The notes below the pieces were generated by a model. The model had not been told where the DNA came from, made no database searches, and saw only the letters and a list, made by a program, of their open reading frames with translations. Shown piece after piece: positions 40,801-50,700 of a DNA stretch of 64,000 nt. The stretch comes from Phoronis australis (Eukaryota; Animalia; Phoronida): contig NMRA01000149.1 in assembly GCA_002633005.1 (NCBI GenBank), positions 764,440-828,439 on the forward strand, given 5' to 3'. Position 1 is the stretch's first letter; the number at the start of each line of letters is the position of its first letter. The position numbers were made by a program, and so were the translations under genes.

Positions 40801-42181
40801 CAGTTTATTGCCCTTCATTCAGAGCCCATCCTGGAGAACCTGTCTCAGTCTTTGCAACAGTCTGTGGGGTTGGACAGGTGAGGGTAGTTAGCTCCATGCT
40901 TGGTCCTGGGATCTGTGTTCTGAATTAGTGTAGATAGTATTTGACAATCCACTTATAATATAGTATTCAAAAGAAAATTGTCTTATCTGTTGTAGTTTTT
41001 AAGCAGTCACAGCTGGATATGGACAATGAACCAGTTGAATGGCATTTGGGCCCAACCTTGACACAGTCATTTAACAGTAAAATAGTAGCTATTTCAATAC
41101 AACATGTTTGTGTACTCCAGCATTGTAATATATGTACACGTCATGCAGTTTTTAGAGCCAGCTATTATTGTGACACGGCTGTTGCACTCATGAACACAGT
41201 TCATTTATAAAATAGCTCATGTACTCAAAAAAAATCACAAAGAATGTTCACTGACTGCCAAGTGCAGTGCCGAATACAAAAATAGTGCTTACAAACCCAC
41301 AAAACTCTTGCCTGGGCTCATAAACTCAGGTCTTGACTGTGTGTGACACCATGTTTGGGTATCAGCTGTGGTGGTGAGTCAGTGAACTAAGGTTATCACG
41401 TCAGTGAACGCTGTTCATAAGTGACCAACGGTGTTTATTAGTACAGCAGACGTGTTGATCGGGTAGTTTTACGAGTCCTATACACTTAAACTACGTTTTA
41501 CAGTGAAGAAAGCGGTTTGTCTGCTGATGCCTCACAGTCCATGGCCTTCCTAAGATCAGTTCTGGCAATGGTCCCCAGTCGAGGTAACTGTCTTATTTCT
41601 GAATATTCCGTCAAACAGTTTGAGCAAAATTTACATGCCTGGACGTTTTACGTGACATTTCAGTAGCTATTTTAATAGTCATTGTAAAATATGCTTACCT
41701 ACCTTGTCATTTTGTCCCCGGGTGGATGTTAATCTTTACCTGGTCTTACCATAAGCCATGCCAAGAACACAGAGTGTTTTGGTCAGTTTGTTTAAATATC
41801 AAATAGTGGTTGGAAGAGCCATGTAAATGCTCATGGGTAGGGATTAAAACAGCAATTAGCAGTTGCACTAGCATGTGAATGTACCATTTGTCTGGAGATT
41901 GCTTCTTGTTTCCAGTTGTTTTAACTTGTGTTTTGAGTCAAAATGTTCCTTTGTGTAATTTGGGTTTAATGACAATAACCAATTAAAATATTAAATAGTG
42001 CGCTTGCTGTTAAATTGGAAACTTGGTTTTATAGTGGGATGCAACAAATATTTTTATTTTAATTGTAAAGTTTCTTGTCATGCATTCACAAACTTGATAC
42101 CCACCTCCTCACTGTTTTGTTGTTTTTTCAGGAGAGTTCGATTTGAAGAGCGTCTTGAAGTCTACCTACTTCTTCAGTTGA
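1671..42181 (+). CDS. POLRMT: Mitochondrial DNA-directed RNA polymerase (T7-like single subunit), spliced gene with 29 visible coding exons; start exon not located
   Basis: Exons joined at GT-AG sites keep frame throughout. The product has a PPR-like segment ([29 protein letters not shown]), [19 protein letters not shown], motif [13 protein letters not shown], motif [30 protein letters not shown], motif C VHDCFWTH and the typical C-terminus [16 protein letters not shown]. Confidence 0.97.
4520..4967 (-). mobile_element. Kolobok-like DNA transposon relic with THAP remnant
   Basis: The - strand from 4675 reads [11 protein letters not shown]/frameshift/[13 protein letters not shown]...AWNRF...KIC; TTAA-AGAG type terminus at 4964-4967; other end not found. 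Confidence 0.55.
6292..7108 (+). CDS. POLRMT: POLRMT exon B (long N-terminal extension)
   Basis: ttgtag| acceptor inside ORF 6273-7205; donor aa|gtatga; phase 1-2 fits both neighbours. Confidence 0.8.
7773..7878 (+). CDS. POLRMT: POLRMT exon
   Basis: ccttag|...|gtaaga; KVRSS...[15 protein letters not shown]. Confidence 0.85.
8325..10886 (-). mobile_element. hAT-type DNA transposon relic with 5-bp TSD (hAT5-like)
   Basis: TIRs CAGGGCTCAACATTAAC / rc CAGGACTCAACACTAAT; TSD ACCTA at 8320-8324 and 10887-10891; - strand TTF-type Zn-finger remnant WEVRFPGL...[11 protein letters not shown] (8839-9033). Confidence 0.75.
9048..10512 (+). mobile_element. HINE/DINE-1-like copy 2, nested in the hAT relic
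   Basis: Starts in a T-run, subTIR atgcgcccaca (9053) with inverted tgtgggcgcat, (GTCC)-like microsatellite, tandem monomers, 3' tgtgggcgcat (10478) and hairpin caacgctctgcgttg (10491-10505). Confidence 0.8.
12021..12146 (+). CDS. POLRMT: POLRMT exon (PPR region)
   Basis: tttcag|VKKAHATL...[14 protein letters not shown]|gtgtgt. Confidence 0.9.
15804..15962 (+). CDS. POLRMT: POLRMT exon (PPR region)
   Basis: aag|[10 protein letters not shown]...[18 protein letters not shown]...MDSL|gtgagt. Confidence 0.9.
16814..16882 (+). CDS. POLRMT: POLRMT exon
   Basis: tttcag|[23 protein letters not shown]|gtaatc. Confidence 0.85.
17423..17668 (+). CDS. POLRMT: POLRMT exon
   Basis: accag|AIKSVDPDF...[17 protein letters not shown]...IEM|gtaagt. 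Confidence 0.9.
18299..18383 (+). CDS. POLRMT: POLRMT exon
   Basis: ttgtag|[16 protein letters not shown]...|gtaagt, phase 0-1. Confidence 0.85.
19342..19446. repeat. Near-perfect inverted repeat (48-bp arms, 9-nt loop), core of a palindromic MITE-like element
   Basis: aaaattaaatctattactggacttacagattgagttggctacattgcg vs rc aaaattaaatttattactggacttacggattgagttggctaccttgcg, 3 mismatches; weaker symmetry extends outward. Confidence 0.85.
19520..19760 (+). repeat. ~100-bp degenerate tandem triplication overlapping the acceptor and 5' part of exon 19716
   Basis: ctatccc..gtgaagtt and tgatcaatgc..agaccatatactga..gttgtttaatcat recur with a ~100-bp period. Confidence 0.85.
19716..19789 (+). CDS. 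POLRMT: POLRMT exon
   Basis: ttacag|[24 protein letters not shown]|gtaatg, phase 1-0. Confidence 0.88.
20531..20662 (+). CDS. POLRMT: POLRMT exon
   Basis: ttacag|[14 protein letters not shown]...KHAEK|gttagt. Confidence 0.88.
21505..21654 (+). CDS. POLRMT: POLRMT exon
   Basis: ctctag|VSEVYSEF...NHREAW...[10 protein letters not shown]|gtaagc. Confidence 0.88.
21830..22900 (+). mobile_element. Second HINE-like interspersed repeat with aagatggcg monomers and a (CAT/CGT)n microsatellite
   Basis: aagatggcg at ~21905, ~22053 and ~22218; ttcatgaaattt motifs; degenerate trinucleotide run 22660-22820; boundaries approximate. Confidence 0.45.
23480..23976. mobile_element. MITE with hAT-like TIRs
   Basis: Left cggggcttggaat, right attccaagccctg (rc cagggcttggaat); TSD degenerate. 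Confidence 0.5.
25311..25387 (+). CDS. POLRMT: POLRMT exon
   Basis: ttgtag|[16 protein letters not shown]...|gtaaaa, phase 0-2. Confidence 0.88.
25743..25815 (+). CDS. POLRMT: POLRMT exon
   Basis: ttcag|[11 protein letters not shown]...EEVK|gtaagt, phase 2-0. Confidence 0.9.
26675..26810 (+). CDS. POLRMT: POLRMT exon
   Basis: tttag|PHPTLVTLY...[21 protein letters not shown]|gtgagt. Confidence 0.93.
26889..27122 (+). repeat. 78-bp tandem repeat x3 derived from the upstream exon
   Basis: gaggtccatgaattacc at 26916, 26994 and 27072, identical to exon sequence near 26732. Confidence 0.9.
27584..27808 (+). repeat. 22-bp minisatellite (~10 degenerate copies)
   Basis: Unit ctgatggtcatttactgtctgc. 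Confidence 0.85.
28046..28179 (+). CDS. POLRMT: POLRMT exon
   Basis: tgcag|QLVRV...[19 protein letters not shown]|gtaggt. Confidence 0.93.
28943..29043 (+). CDS. POLRMT: POLRMT exon
   Basis: ttgcag|[22 protein letters not shown]...|gtaagt. Confidence 0.92.
29150..30620 (-). mobile_element. 5'-truncated, decayed non-LTR retrotransposon (RT plus C-terminal CCHC-like region; RTE-X/CR1-like)
   Basis: [48 protein letters not shown]...[16 protein letters not shown] across frameshifted ORFs; AATAAATAAA near the 3' end. Confidence 0.88.
30927..33163. mobile_element. Possible hAT-like non-autonomous element hosting HINE copy 3
   Basis: Left cagtgctcaactt, right aagcttcgagcgctg (rc cagcgctcgaagctt); no TSD seen. 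Confidence 0.35.
31330..33040 (+). mobile_element. HINE/DINE-1-like copy 3
   Basis: Same termini as copy 2 (ttttatgcgccc... / tgtgggcgcatttcaacgctccgcgttg), (GTCC)n tract, ~10 tandem monomers. Confidence 0.8.
33304..33424 (+). CDS. POLRMT: POLRMT exon
   Basis: atgcag|DMTSAEK...[19 protein letters not shown]|gtcagt. Confidence 0.92.
34196..34450 (+). repeat. 44-bp tandem repeat (~6 copies) abutting the exon 34468 acceptor
   Basis: Unit tgtctcccagcttgttcatcttatgttcaacaggtacttgttag. Confidence 0.9.
34468..34552 (+). CDS. POLRMT: POLRMT exon
   Basis: tttcag|[29 protein letters not shown]|gtaaga. Confidence 0.96.
34920..35031 (+). CDS. POLRMT: POLRMT exon
   Basis: ctacag|[37 protein letters not shown]|gtcagt. 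Confidence 0.96.
35570..35648 (+). CDS. POLRMT: POLRMT exon
   Basis: ttgtag|[26 protein letters not shown]|gtaagc. Confidence 0.93.
36099..36341 (+). CDS. POLRMT: POLRMT exon (catalytic motif A)
   Basis: cacag|[17 protein letters not shown]...[20 protein letters not shown]...VAEL|gtgagt. Confidence 0.97.
36750..36827 (+). CDS. POLRMT: POLRMT exon
   Basis: ttttag|[26 protein letters not shown]|gttgtc. Confidence 0.93.
37283..37471 (+). CDS. POLRMT: POLRMT exon (motif B / O-helix)
   Basis: gttag|[18 protein letters not shown]...MFTATKEIQ|gtgcgt. Confidence 0.97.
38237..38394 (+). CDS. POLRMT: POLRMT exon
   Basis: ttacag|[10 protein letters not shown]...[15 protein letters not shown]...|gtaagt. 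Confidence 0.96.
38526..38624 (+). CDS. POLRMT: POLRMT exon
   Basis: tgaag|[32 protein letters not shown]|gtgagt. Confidence 0.96.
39262..39865 (+). repeat. 46-bp minisatellite, 13 apparently identical copies
   Basis: Unit cattttgccctgtcatatatagtacaggttagtccaagccacatca. Confidence 0.95.
39914..40064 (+). repeat. 51-bp tandem repeat x3
   Basis: tgtgatacattgaattataacacgaagtggcccatggcatcactgccttcg at 39914, 39965 and 40016. Confidence 0.9.
40153..40225 (+). CDS. POLRMT: POLRMT exon (catalytic motif C)
   Basis: ttacag|[24 protein letters not shown]|gtaatg. Confidence 0.97.
40789..40877 (+). CDS. POLRMT: POLRMT exon
   Basis: ctacag|[19 protein letters not shown]...|gtgagg. Confidence 0.94.
41504..41583 (+). 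CDS. POLRMT: POLRMT exon
   Basis: ttacag|EESGLS...[12 protein letters not shown]|gtaact, phase 2-1. Confidence 0.88.
42132..42181 (+). CDS. POLRMT: POLRMT terminal coding exon
   Basis: tttcag|(G)[18 protein letters not shown]; conserved YFFS C-terminus. Confidence 0.96.
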
Positions 42182-42913
42182 TACAGTCAGTCACAGGCAA
42201 ATTAACATACTCACAACTAACTTTGGCATAGTTAATGTCTATTGAAGGCACAAGCAGTAATGATATTGGTTTGCATGCATGCAATTCCTATTTGGGATTT
42301 GTTTAAAATTGATGGCTGCAATCTAGCAATGGTAGAACTACGGTATTTGCTCTCTTTTTTGGCACAGTTTCCCCTGTAATTGTAAATAGACAACCAAGTA
42401 TATTCACACCACATGGCATCATGAACAGACTACTTCGATTATTCTATGTGTGTGGGGATTGCCTGCAGCATAGTCTATGCCTGCAGCATAGTCTATGCCT
42501 GGCATAAACAACTTGTCTGATAATAGCTTACTGAAGTGATGATAGAAGCGGTAAAATGGTGGGAATCTCTTTGGATTCCAGTGCAAGTTTTATGTGTTAG
42601 TACACTTATAAAACATGCCTTTAATTCATATGTGGCCAGTTGACAGTATTTTATTGTTTTTTAAAATGTGGTTTTTGTCAAAGGTGTTCATCTTAGGTTT
42701 GTTCAGTCTTGCCCTACGTTCTTCTGTTTGGATTGTGATAGATGTTCAATTAGATTTATTTTTGAATTATACTAACTAGTCTTGAGAATGGCTTGCCTCA
42801 TAGAACATGGAAATATCGATCGGGTATTTTTTGCAACCCATGTATAAAACAATACAATACAGGGAATTAGCCCAGAAAACAAATCATTATATCCAGGCTT
42901 ACATATACATAGC

Positions 42914-42919
42914 AATAAA
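42914..42919 (+). terminator. Candidate polyadenylation signal for POLRMT
   Basis: AATAAA about 730 nt after the stop; motif only. Confidence 0.3.
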
Positions 42920-43049
42920 TTATTTAAGTAGAAAATATAATGAGCAATAATGCAAAGAAAATAACCTTCCCTTCTTCCAGGGTGGAGTCATGAATTACCT
43001 GTGCCATAACTCGCGTGAAAGTAATTCATACTGAAAGCTACAATTCAGG

Positions 43050-43910
43050 GGATTTCACCTATGACACTGCTGAAATTTGCATTGCCGGCTGTAAAGATCC
43101 AATGACATCACAAATTTCTTGGTGACGTGTTAACAATATTAAGGAAAACACTTGTCACCTGCGTTTACTTGAATTGAAATCACATGTCCTCTGCTTCTCT
43201 GTTTCTTTTCCCCCTTATGATGGTGTGCTTACCTCTTCTCAAGAAAAACTAGTTTACCTTTTAAATGTTCATCCCAAGGACGTCTCTCTTCTTCCTCTTG
43301 TGCTCCTTGTGGGCTTTTTGCAAGCACAGCTTAGAGAGACCTAATTTTGAGTTTGCTTTGCTGAGCATCTTGGCCCTACCACCATGCTGTGCAAGATATG
43401 TTTGTCTATTTGCATTTTCTTTTCTTAGTTTTCTCTTGAAATCTTCACTTATTGCTTAAGGGAAAGTCAGCTATTTCTTGAACAAATAAGTGCAGTAAGT
43501 TTCTTTTGATGCAGGTGAATTGGTGGGGATAAGTGTTGCTGTTTATGCTTCATTTATCAGTCGAGTCGTTTTTTTATCAGTACTTTCTGTTTCTCTATTG
43601 TTCTCTAGGATTTTCTGAATATATTTAACCTTCCTTCGTTTGACTTATGTGTTTGGGGGTGTTTCTGTTGGTGGTTTGCAAGTGTTTACATTTGCTTGTT
43701 ACTTTTTCCTTCTGTGCTCCTTCTTCCACTTAGGCTGTAACTGTCTCTGCTCTATGTCATTCATCTCATGTATGATTTTCATTTTCGCCGGTTGTTTTGG
43801 TTACTTGTTCCTTTGCCTTTCCTTTTTCATATGAGGATGATGTTTTTTCTGGTTGCTTTTGATTTGCTCTCGCATCATCATTTCGGCCTTAGACTTTTTT
43901 GGCGTGGCAT
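43050..43910 (-). pseudogene. Highly decayed K/R-rich transposase-like relic (Sola2-like N-terminus?)
   Basis: PKKSKAEMMMREQIK...KKERQRNK and HTIIRGKETEKQR fragments among many stops; family recalled from memory. Confidence 0.3.
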
Positions 43911-44706
43911 TTCTGACACTGGGATGATAAAATTGTAGTGTATGTGATAGACATTTTAAAGTAATAGACAGTAACCAGTGTTGAGCTTCACCAAACAAAT
44001 GTGCTGGCCTGCAGGGGCAGTTTCTTAAATATGAGACCAAATCCACAAAAGGCCTATTGGTGAAAAATTGGGCTTCAACACAGTTTGCAAAAAAAAACAA
44101 GTTTAGTCTATTTCAGTGTGTTAGTCTAAATTGACCAGAAAACTGTAAATTTGAAATTACTTTAGACGAAACCTCTTGTCATAGTTTATTCACATTAATT
44201 GTATTTCATGATCCAAATGACATTAATATAAACTGGAAAGATTATTGTGGCTGTGTGACAGTAATGAACTCTGCACATGCGTTTTACTGGAATTGGTATG
44301 GGGAGTTTAGACAACAACCCTTCACCAAGATTAATCAGAATTCTTTAATATTGTAGGAGAAATTACATGTTAGTAATGTGATGATAATTGACCCTTTCCA
44401 ATCCTTATGAAGGAAAAAGTATAAACTCACCAAATGTTCGTTAATGCTAAGAACCACAGATGTCTTTCTTTAAGAGCTTTAGAATACAAGTTCACTGAGA
44501 ATGTCAAAATTTCAGAAGAAAATACACCTAATAACCTCATGGTTGCACCAAGTGACCTGAAACTTTACAATGGGGACTCAATGAGCAACGGTGCTGGAAT
44601 CTGCTGCCATTAGGCGGCACCTTTGACAGTTGAGTCCCAGAAGTACAGACGATAATGCCATTTGTGTTATAACTGCTTCGGCTTTTCATGTTTTGAGGTG
44701 TTTAAT

Positions 44707-44860
44707 ATGCCTTGAACTTTGTGTTGGGTGCCGCATTGTTCAAACAGAGGTGACCATGGGTGTTGAAGTTGAGGTTGCATGCGATCAGGCGTGACAAATG
44801 GAAACCAAAACCGGGGGTCAGCGTTGTTTGCCACGATTACTTTGCAACTGAGAGTTATGT
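44707..44860 (+). pseudogene. THAP-domain relic
   Basis: MP*TLCWVPHCSNR.../LHAIRRDKWKPKP/VVCHDYF with stops and frameshifts; THAP signature. Confidence 0.65.
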
Positions 44861-45654
44861 GTCAGAAACCGCTTGTGGTAAGCTGTTTGGGGGAATTTGA
44901 TAGATGTAATAGCTTACATATTTTTTAACATTGTACAGTACTGTTAAAAATGAGGTCTGCGCTATAATGGTAAAGCGGAAGACGATCGCACGGCGAAGCC
45001 ACCGTTGACAATGCTCAGTGTCGTTGACAGTGCTACCCCGTTCTCTGCTACCCTGTAGATATTATTTGTGTTTTCATTCTGCATAAATTATTATAATGTG
45101 TGATTAGAATAAACCTTGACACAAGAAAATTAAGGTATCTATTAATGGTTGTAGGTAGCCAATACGTGAGCTCTTGCTTCAGAGTCGGTTTTTTCCTAGG
45201 GGGTACTCGGTCAGTTTTTGGACAGGGGTATGCCGCCAGAAAATTGGGATACCAACCCATTTATTGTCTCGGACAAAAAATGACCCATTTAGAGAGTAAT
45301 TTTGTGTGAAAACACGTTTTCAGACAGTTTTGTGCCAGAAATTTAAAAAGCTGCCCCATCACTTCACTCAGTTCTGTAGTAAACCCATGTCTATGAATCT
45401 GTGACCAGGTAGTTCTTCATCTGGATCCAAATCAAGTGATTTTTCAGTTTCAAAGCAAATGATAATGCAGGTTGTGGTGCAGGTTTTTGTTTGTCAGACT
45501 AGTCAGATTTTCTTGACTGTCAGTTCACAGTGTTGATTCCCAGGGAATTTTCTTTTCTTTGTCTTACACTTTCTTCTGCTGCTGCTTCTCATTATAATAA
45601 GTGAGTGAAGATGATTCCTTGTTGGTAACATTAAAATAATGAAGAAATCTGTGT

Positions 45655-46838
45655 TTAATCTTCAGAAGTGTCCTGAAAAGTTCTCATGAGGCCAAATATG
45701 CTAAAAATGTCTGACCAGTTGACCCTGACCTCCATCTTTACGTTCGTAAGTGAAATACACTCCATGTCATGTTCATGGTCACATGAAGAGCTGTATTTCT
45801 CCTGATCACCGTCACTTAAAGCGAACTTTAAGCAATGGTCCGCACATCGCCTGGCTTCCACGATGTCAGACGCATGCTCAGTTTTGAGATACCTCTCTTC
45901 ACTTTTCAGCTTTAGTATAATCCCTCTTGACACGGTGATTTATTTAGGAACAATATTAATAATAAGTTTGATGAGCGAGTCGAAAGCATCAGCTCCCTTT
46001 GCAGACAGATATTCTAGTCCTTGCAGGGACTTCTGCTGAGACGCTCCACAAGTCTCTAAAATCTTAAAATGAGTACTCTGACATGTAAAGCCAGTCTCTT
46101 GGCAGAACTGCTCGTGTTGTTTGATGATTCGTGCTGGAATCGCAATGCCTATAACACCAGGAAAAGTTACATGCTTGCCGCTATCCATCTTCAAAACTTT
46201 CGTGCCAAACGTTACATCTTGCAAGCAGATTTGTTGGCTAATAAAGTCTAGAAAATGATCAATTTTTAAATGATCTAATCTCGTTCCTGTAGTTTTCTTG
46301 ATTAGTATTTCTTCCCCCAATCCAACCAGATTGTTATGGTATTGTTTCTCGCGTGATCAATTTGGTGAATGGTCAGTCCTGTAATAGCTTGCTGCAATTC
46401 TTTTTGGGTAAAATCGTGGGCAAACGAAGATAATATTTGTATTCTAGCCCTAGATGATGTCTCGATATAGGCCTCAATGAGGTTTTCCACACTGGCTGTA
46501 CTTGCTTTGGGTTTACTCTCACTGGCAAACGCACGTTTACTCAGCATCACATCCCAAAGCTTCATTTCTTGGCAAGGTGCTGTCATAATGGAACTCAGGA
46601 CTGCCTGGAATGACTCTCTAACTTTTGCAACATAGTGGCTTTTCTGTCGAATACCAAGGTCTTCCCATTCTGTGTTTAGATCGATTGCAGGGGCTTGAAA
46701 CCATGCTCCTAAAAGCCTGTATAAGACATTCCGTTGATCTTTCTGCATCATGGAACGATCGATCCACACACTAGCTGACTTGTCGTCACTGGATGAAGAT
46801 GACTGACTAGTCGGTGAGATGAGGTCTAAGCGAGGTTG
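45655..46838 (-). pseudogene. Decayed large DNA-transposon protein fragment (probably Sola3-like)
   Basis: Three consecutive frameshifted ORFs: IDHFLDFI..QDVTFG..LKMDSG, CGASQQKSLQGLE, YLK..CADHCLKFALSD..CDHEH; superfamily is inference. Confidence 0.6.
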
Positions 46839-47899
46839 CTAAAATTAAAAATGAAAGTTTAATTTAAACCAAAAATCAACTCATTCTTTATATAAATAAA
46901 TAAACCTTTGATAAGTGTTTGCAATCCACTCTTTAGTTACTGTGTTAATACTAAGTACTCGTGGACATACAATATTGTGTCAAAATTGTTTTCAGTCAAC
47001 ATCAAAACTCAGTACCCAATCAAATTTAAATTGCCTCCTCCCTCAACCTACTTAGCTAACTTGTGATTTCATTAACTGTTCCACGCATCAGTGCTTGATT
47101 TAGCGACCTACAGTTTGCCAATGCAACTTCAAAATTAGTGATGACTTTCAAGCTTTAAATTAATGATATTTTTTCTTAAGTTCGCAATCATTCTGTTTAG
47201 TTCGTGAAATCAGTGCTATTGGCACCCTCAAGAGTCAGCACATATCCAACATGCACCTTCTGGTCAAGAAGGGCACTGATTCACAACAAACCTTATAATT
47301 GTAAGGTTAACATTCTTAGGAACATGAGGTCTTATGTCTAGTGAATACCGTACGACAAGTTTTGCAGTGCTAACAAAATCTCTAACATAGCCTCAGTTAT
47401 GAAGGATGAAAGGTGTTGACACAAATAAGTACAAACCAATAAACATACAGTTCAAGTAATAATTAGTTTCACAATTTCATTCAGCAAGATTCTAAGTTCA
47501 ACCACAACAAAAACATGGCCACGTTACACTTATCTCGTTTGGGTTTTTTTGTTTTTTTTTACATTGGAAGTCCCCTAACTCAAAGCTACACAAGAGTCGT
47601 ACTTCACTCAACTGCATGTCTTGTTTGGTAATAACCGAGCTGTTTTGCAACCAAAAAGCTTAGTTAAGCTTAGTGACTCACTTTGCTTCAACTTGAAGCT
47701 CATATTCCAGTGTTATGATTAATTTGTATTCAATACAATTATAGATCATTGAAAAAACACGCCTTCATGGGATGTTCATATTATCCAATGTCATTTAATT
47801 ATACACTAGAGTGACTTCCTTTTTTGTTATTAAGTTCATCAATTTTAGACTACATATACATTCTTAAACTTGAAGAGTAGTTTATGAATACAAGAAGAC

Positions 47900-48295
47900 T
47901 TGTCACAGGTGATAACTAGTTTATGAATTATCTGAATAATGCTCTAGAAATGATTTGCTCATAGGAGCAGTTTATGAACTTTTCTAAAAGTTCCTGAATC
48001 ATCAGTGAGTTCATCAAAACTGGGAATTGTTCACGAAGTCTTGATATGATGGTTTCATGAACCTAGACAACAGTTCATGAACTGTCCACAAAATGTATGA
48101 ACTGTTCTTGCATTTTCATGAACAGTAGCATAAGTTGATGAATCAGTCTAATGAATTTATTATGAACTTTCACAAACTTCATGAACTTTTATGTAGTGTT
48201 CATGAACAAAAGTAAATGAGCTTGGATCCATGAACTATTCATGAAAATCGTTCATGAATGTTCATGAACATTTCAAAGTTCATGAACTACATTTC
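47900..48295. repeat. Array of TTCATGAA palindromes (likely transposon subterminal region)
   Basis: More than 10 (g)ttcatgaa(c)/ttatgaa copies in 400 bp. Confidence 0.7.
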
Positions 48296-48682
48296 AACAT
48301 TTGACTTGCAGTTTTTTATATGCGCTAACTGCGAAGCGATANCCGAAGCTAGTTTACAGTGAAACAGCACGTGTGAGATAATATGATATGTTGAGCTGTA
48401 AAGGTGGGTGACAATCTGCCAAGCAGCAATGAAGGTATACACAAGTGTTGAATTAGAAAGTTAAGTAACAATATGCGGAAGCAAAACAGCAACAGCAGGA
48501 CAGCGACATGGGAGAATTAAGTGTAAAGGGAAGCAAGGGAAATTGATTTGAGGGAGGGAGGGAAAGAGAAATTGACTGAAAACTGAAAATTGGAGAGGAT
48601 TATGGACAGTTTTTTATTATTTCAAAATGATACACTAACATCCAGTAACTTATTGCCAACCTCTGAATTCCGAAATAGAATG

Positions 48683-49988
48683 TCATTCTGGGCCATGCAC
48701 AGAATAGTTTTCCTTAGAGACATTGTGTAAGCAGTCGTCAGCCTTCTTTAGGTACTTTTGCATTTGTGCTGCTTGTTCAACAGCCTTGGCAGCTGATTTA
48801 TTATCGTTGACACTTTCATGCTTTTTGAAATCATCGCGTTTTGGTACGTCTGGAGATTCACCGCTCGCGAAAATATTAGATTTCCTAGCATCAGTGCATA
48901 CCTTACATAAAAACACATTTCTGTCCTTTTCATACACTAGCCACTTAAAGTCGTGGAACCATTGTGGTTTAATAGCTCGGGCAGTGGTTGCCTTCTGAGT
49001 GGTTCCCAGCACTAGCAGGTAGCTGACTTGAAGTTAATGGTTGCACTACCTCCACATCAGAAGAAAGTTGATGAGTGCTTGAGAGAGAGAGCTACAGCAC
49101 CAGTAGACTGCTGAGTTGTTGGCGGCTGCATTCCATCTCTTTGGGTTTTGCTGAAAAATGTAAAAGTAGTGGGTTATTGATTATAAATTTACCTGATAAG
49201 TTGGAGGGGATGTCAGCAAACATGGGTTTTATTATGACTTAAAAAGTTGGGGCTTAGGATGAGGTTCCCTCTATTCTCGAGTTACTGCGTGGGTACGCCA
49301 GCCATAACCATTTTATGATGTTGACTTAAAAAATTGGGCATGGCTTCCCCCTGTCTCTGGGTTACTGCGGGTAACGCTGGCTATATGGGCATTTCATTGG
49401 TGTTGATCTAGAAAAATTGGGCAAGGTGGGCATGGGTTCCCCCCTACCTGAGGGTAACGGCGAGGGTACGCCGGCCACATGGGCATAATTCATTGATATT
49501 GACTAAAAACATTGGGCAGGGATTCCACCCTATCCCCGGGTTACGGCGGGCTACGCCGGCCACGTGGGCATTTTGGTGACCAATACAATTAGGTCTAAAA
49601 ACGTTAACACAACTTGTGTGTTCCAAAATAAAGCTAAACAGTGCAGAGCGGTGAACATAAAGCTCATTAAGTAAAAATATGACATTTTCTTTACCTTGTT
49701 TTCTTTCGGTCGAACATTTCGGTGCAGTAAAAGAGTGATTTCAGGGGGAGTGAGTCTGACGGATATGAAATGGAACATTCGCTTGCTATTTTTAGGATTC
49801 CGAATCGGAAGTAAGAATGTCGTTCGCGATGCGACTTGATTCGAGCTGACTGTGAGTTGACACGAGAGTATGTTTCCCGAAATTTGCTTTTATTGACAAG
49901 TTTCAAGAGGGTTCGCCAGGTTGGCGAATGTACTTAGCTCATCGCCTGTGCCGCTCAGAATTCGCCTATGGCGTGTTCGCGAGCCTAG
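48683..49988 (-). mobile_element. hAT-like transposon 5' portion with TTF-type Zn-finger remnant and subterminal ~80-bp repeats
   Basis: WFHDFKWLVYE...FLCKVC...SNIFASG...KKHE (48683-49012); aaaattgggca-containing repeats 49220-49570; terminus-like rc taggctcgcgaa near 49988. Confidence 0.6.
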
Positions 49989-50401
49989 GATGTAACAAAG
50001 ACCTTTCTCTCCCGCTGTAACAAAAAGGTGGAAACAAATATTACTCTTAGCCTTTATTGGATGTTCTGATGTGTCACTTAAGAGAAGTAAGTGATAAACA
50101 CCTAATTATAACAATGACAGACAGTGACTGAGTAAAAGATGTCAGTAGTAGATATTTGACATTTGTATGTCATCTGCTCTGTATGTTAAAATCGAGTTGC
50201 AAATTGTAATGATATAACATTTTCAAATAGCACACTCACATGTATTAAATTTCGAGTGTAATTGTAACTATGATTTTATTATAATATTGCCGTATTTAGA
50301 AATGAATAGGTGGTACATTGTTTTCTTTTTTAGTCCTGGGACTTGCGTCACAGGTAACGCCAAGGCAACTCATTGTTTTTGCTGAGGTGTTCTATTTTTA
50401 C

Positions 50402-50700
50402 TTGGTTGCAATGGTACAATCATTTTTTCTCCATTTGGTCCTGCAAAGATTCCATGTTCACTGAAATGCTGAAGAATCAACGTTAAAAGTTCTCGAGTTG
50501 GTCCGCCTTCACACACTGCCCCTTCTGCTTCCCAATATCGTCCATGAAGTTAATGGACAGACGATTTTCGGGTACGAAGTGCCGTCTTGATAACGCTCTG
50601 GTAGCTCCATCAACGATTCTGGACCTTGCCACATTTATGTGGTTGGGTGGCTCATCTGCCTTTATTTGCGAGTGAAGCTGCCTAAGTAATTGTCATTTCA
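50402..50700 (-). pseudogene. G2E3-like HECT ubiquitin ligase pseudo-exon
   Basis: ttccag|K*QLLRQL...INVARSRIVDGATRALSRRHF...INFMDDIG/frameshift/EGAVCEGGPTRELLTL...GIFAGP...|gtaaaa. Confidence 0.7.
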
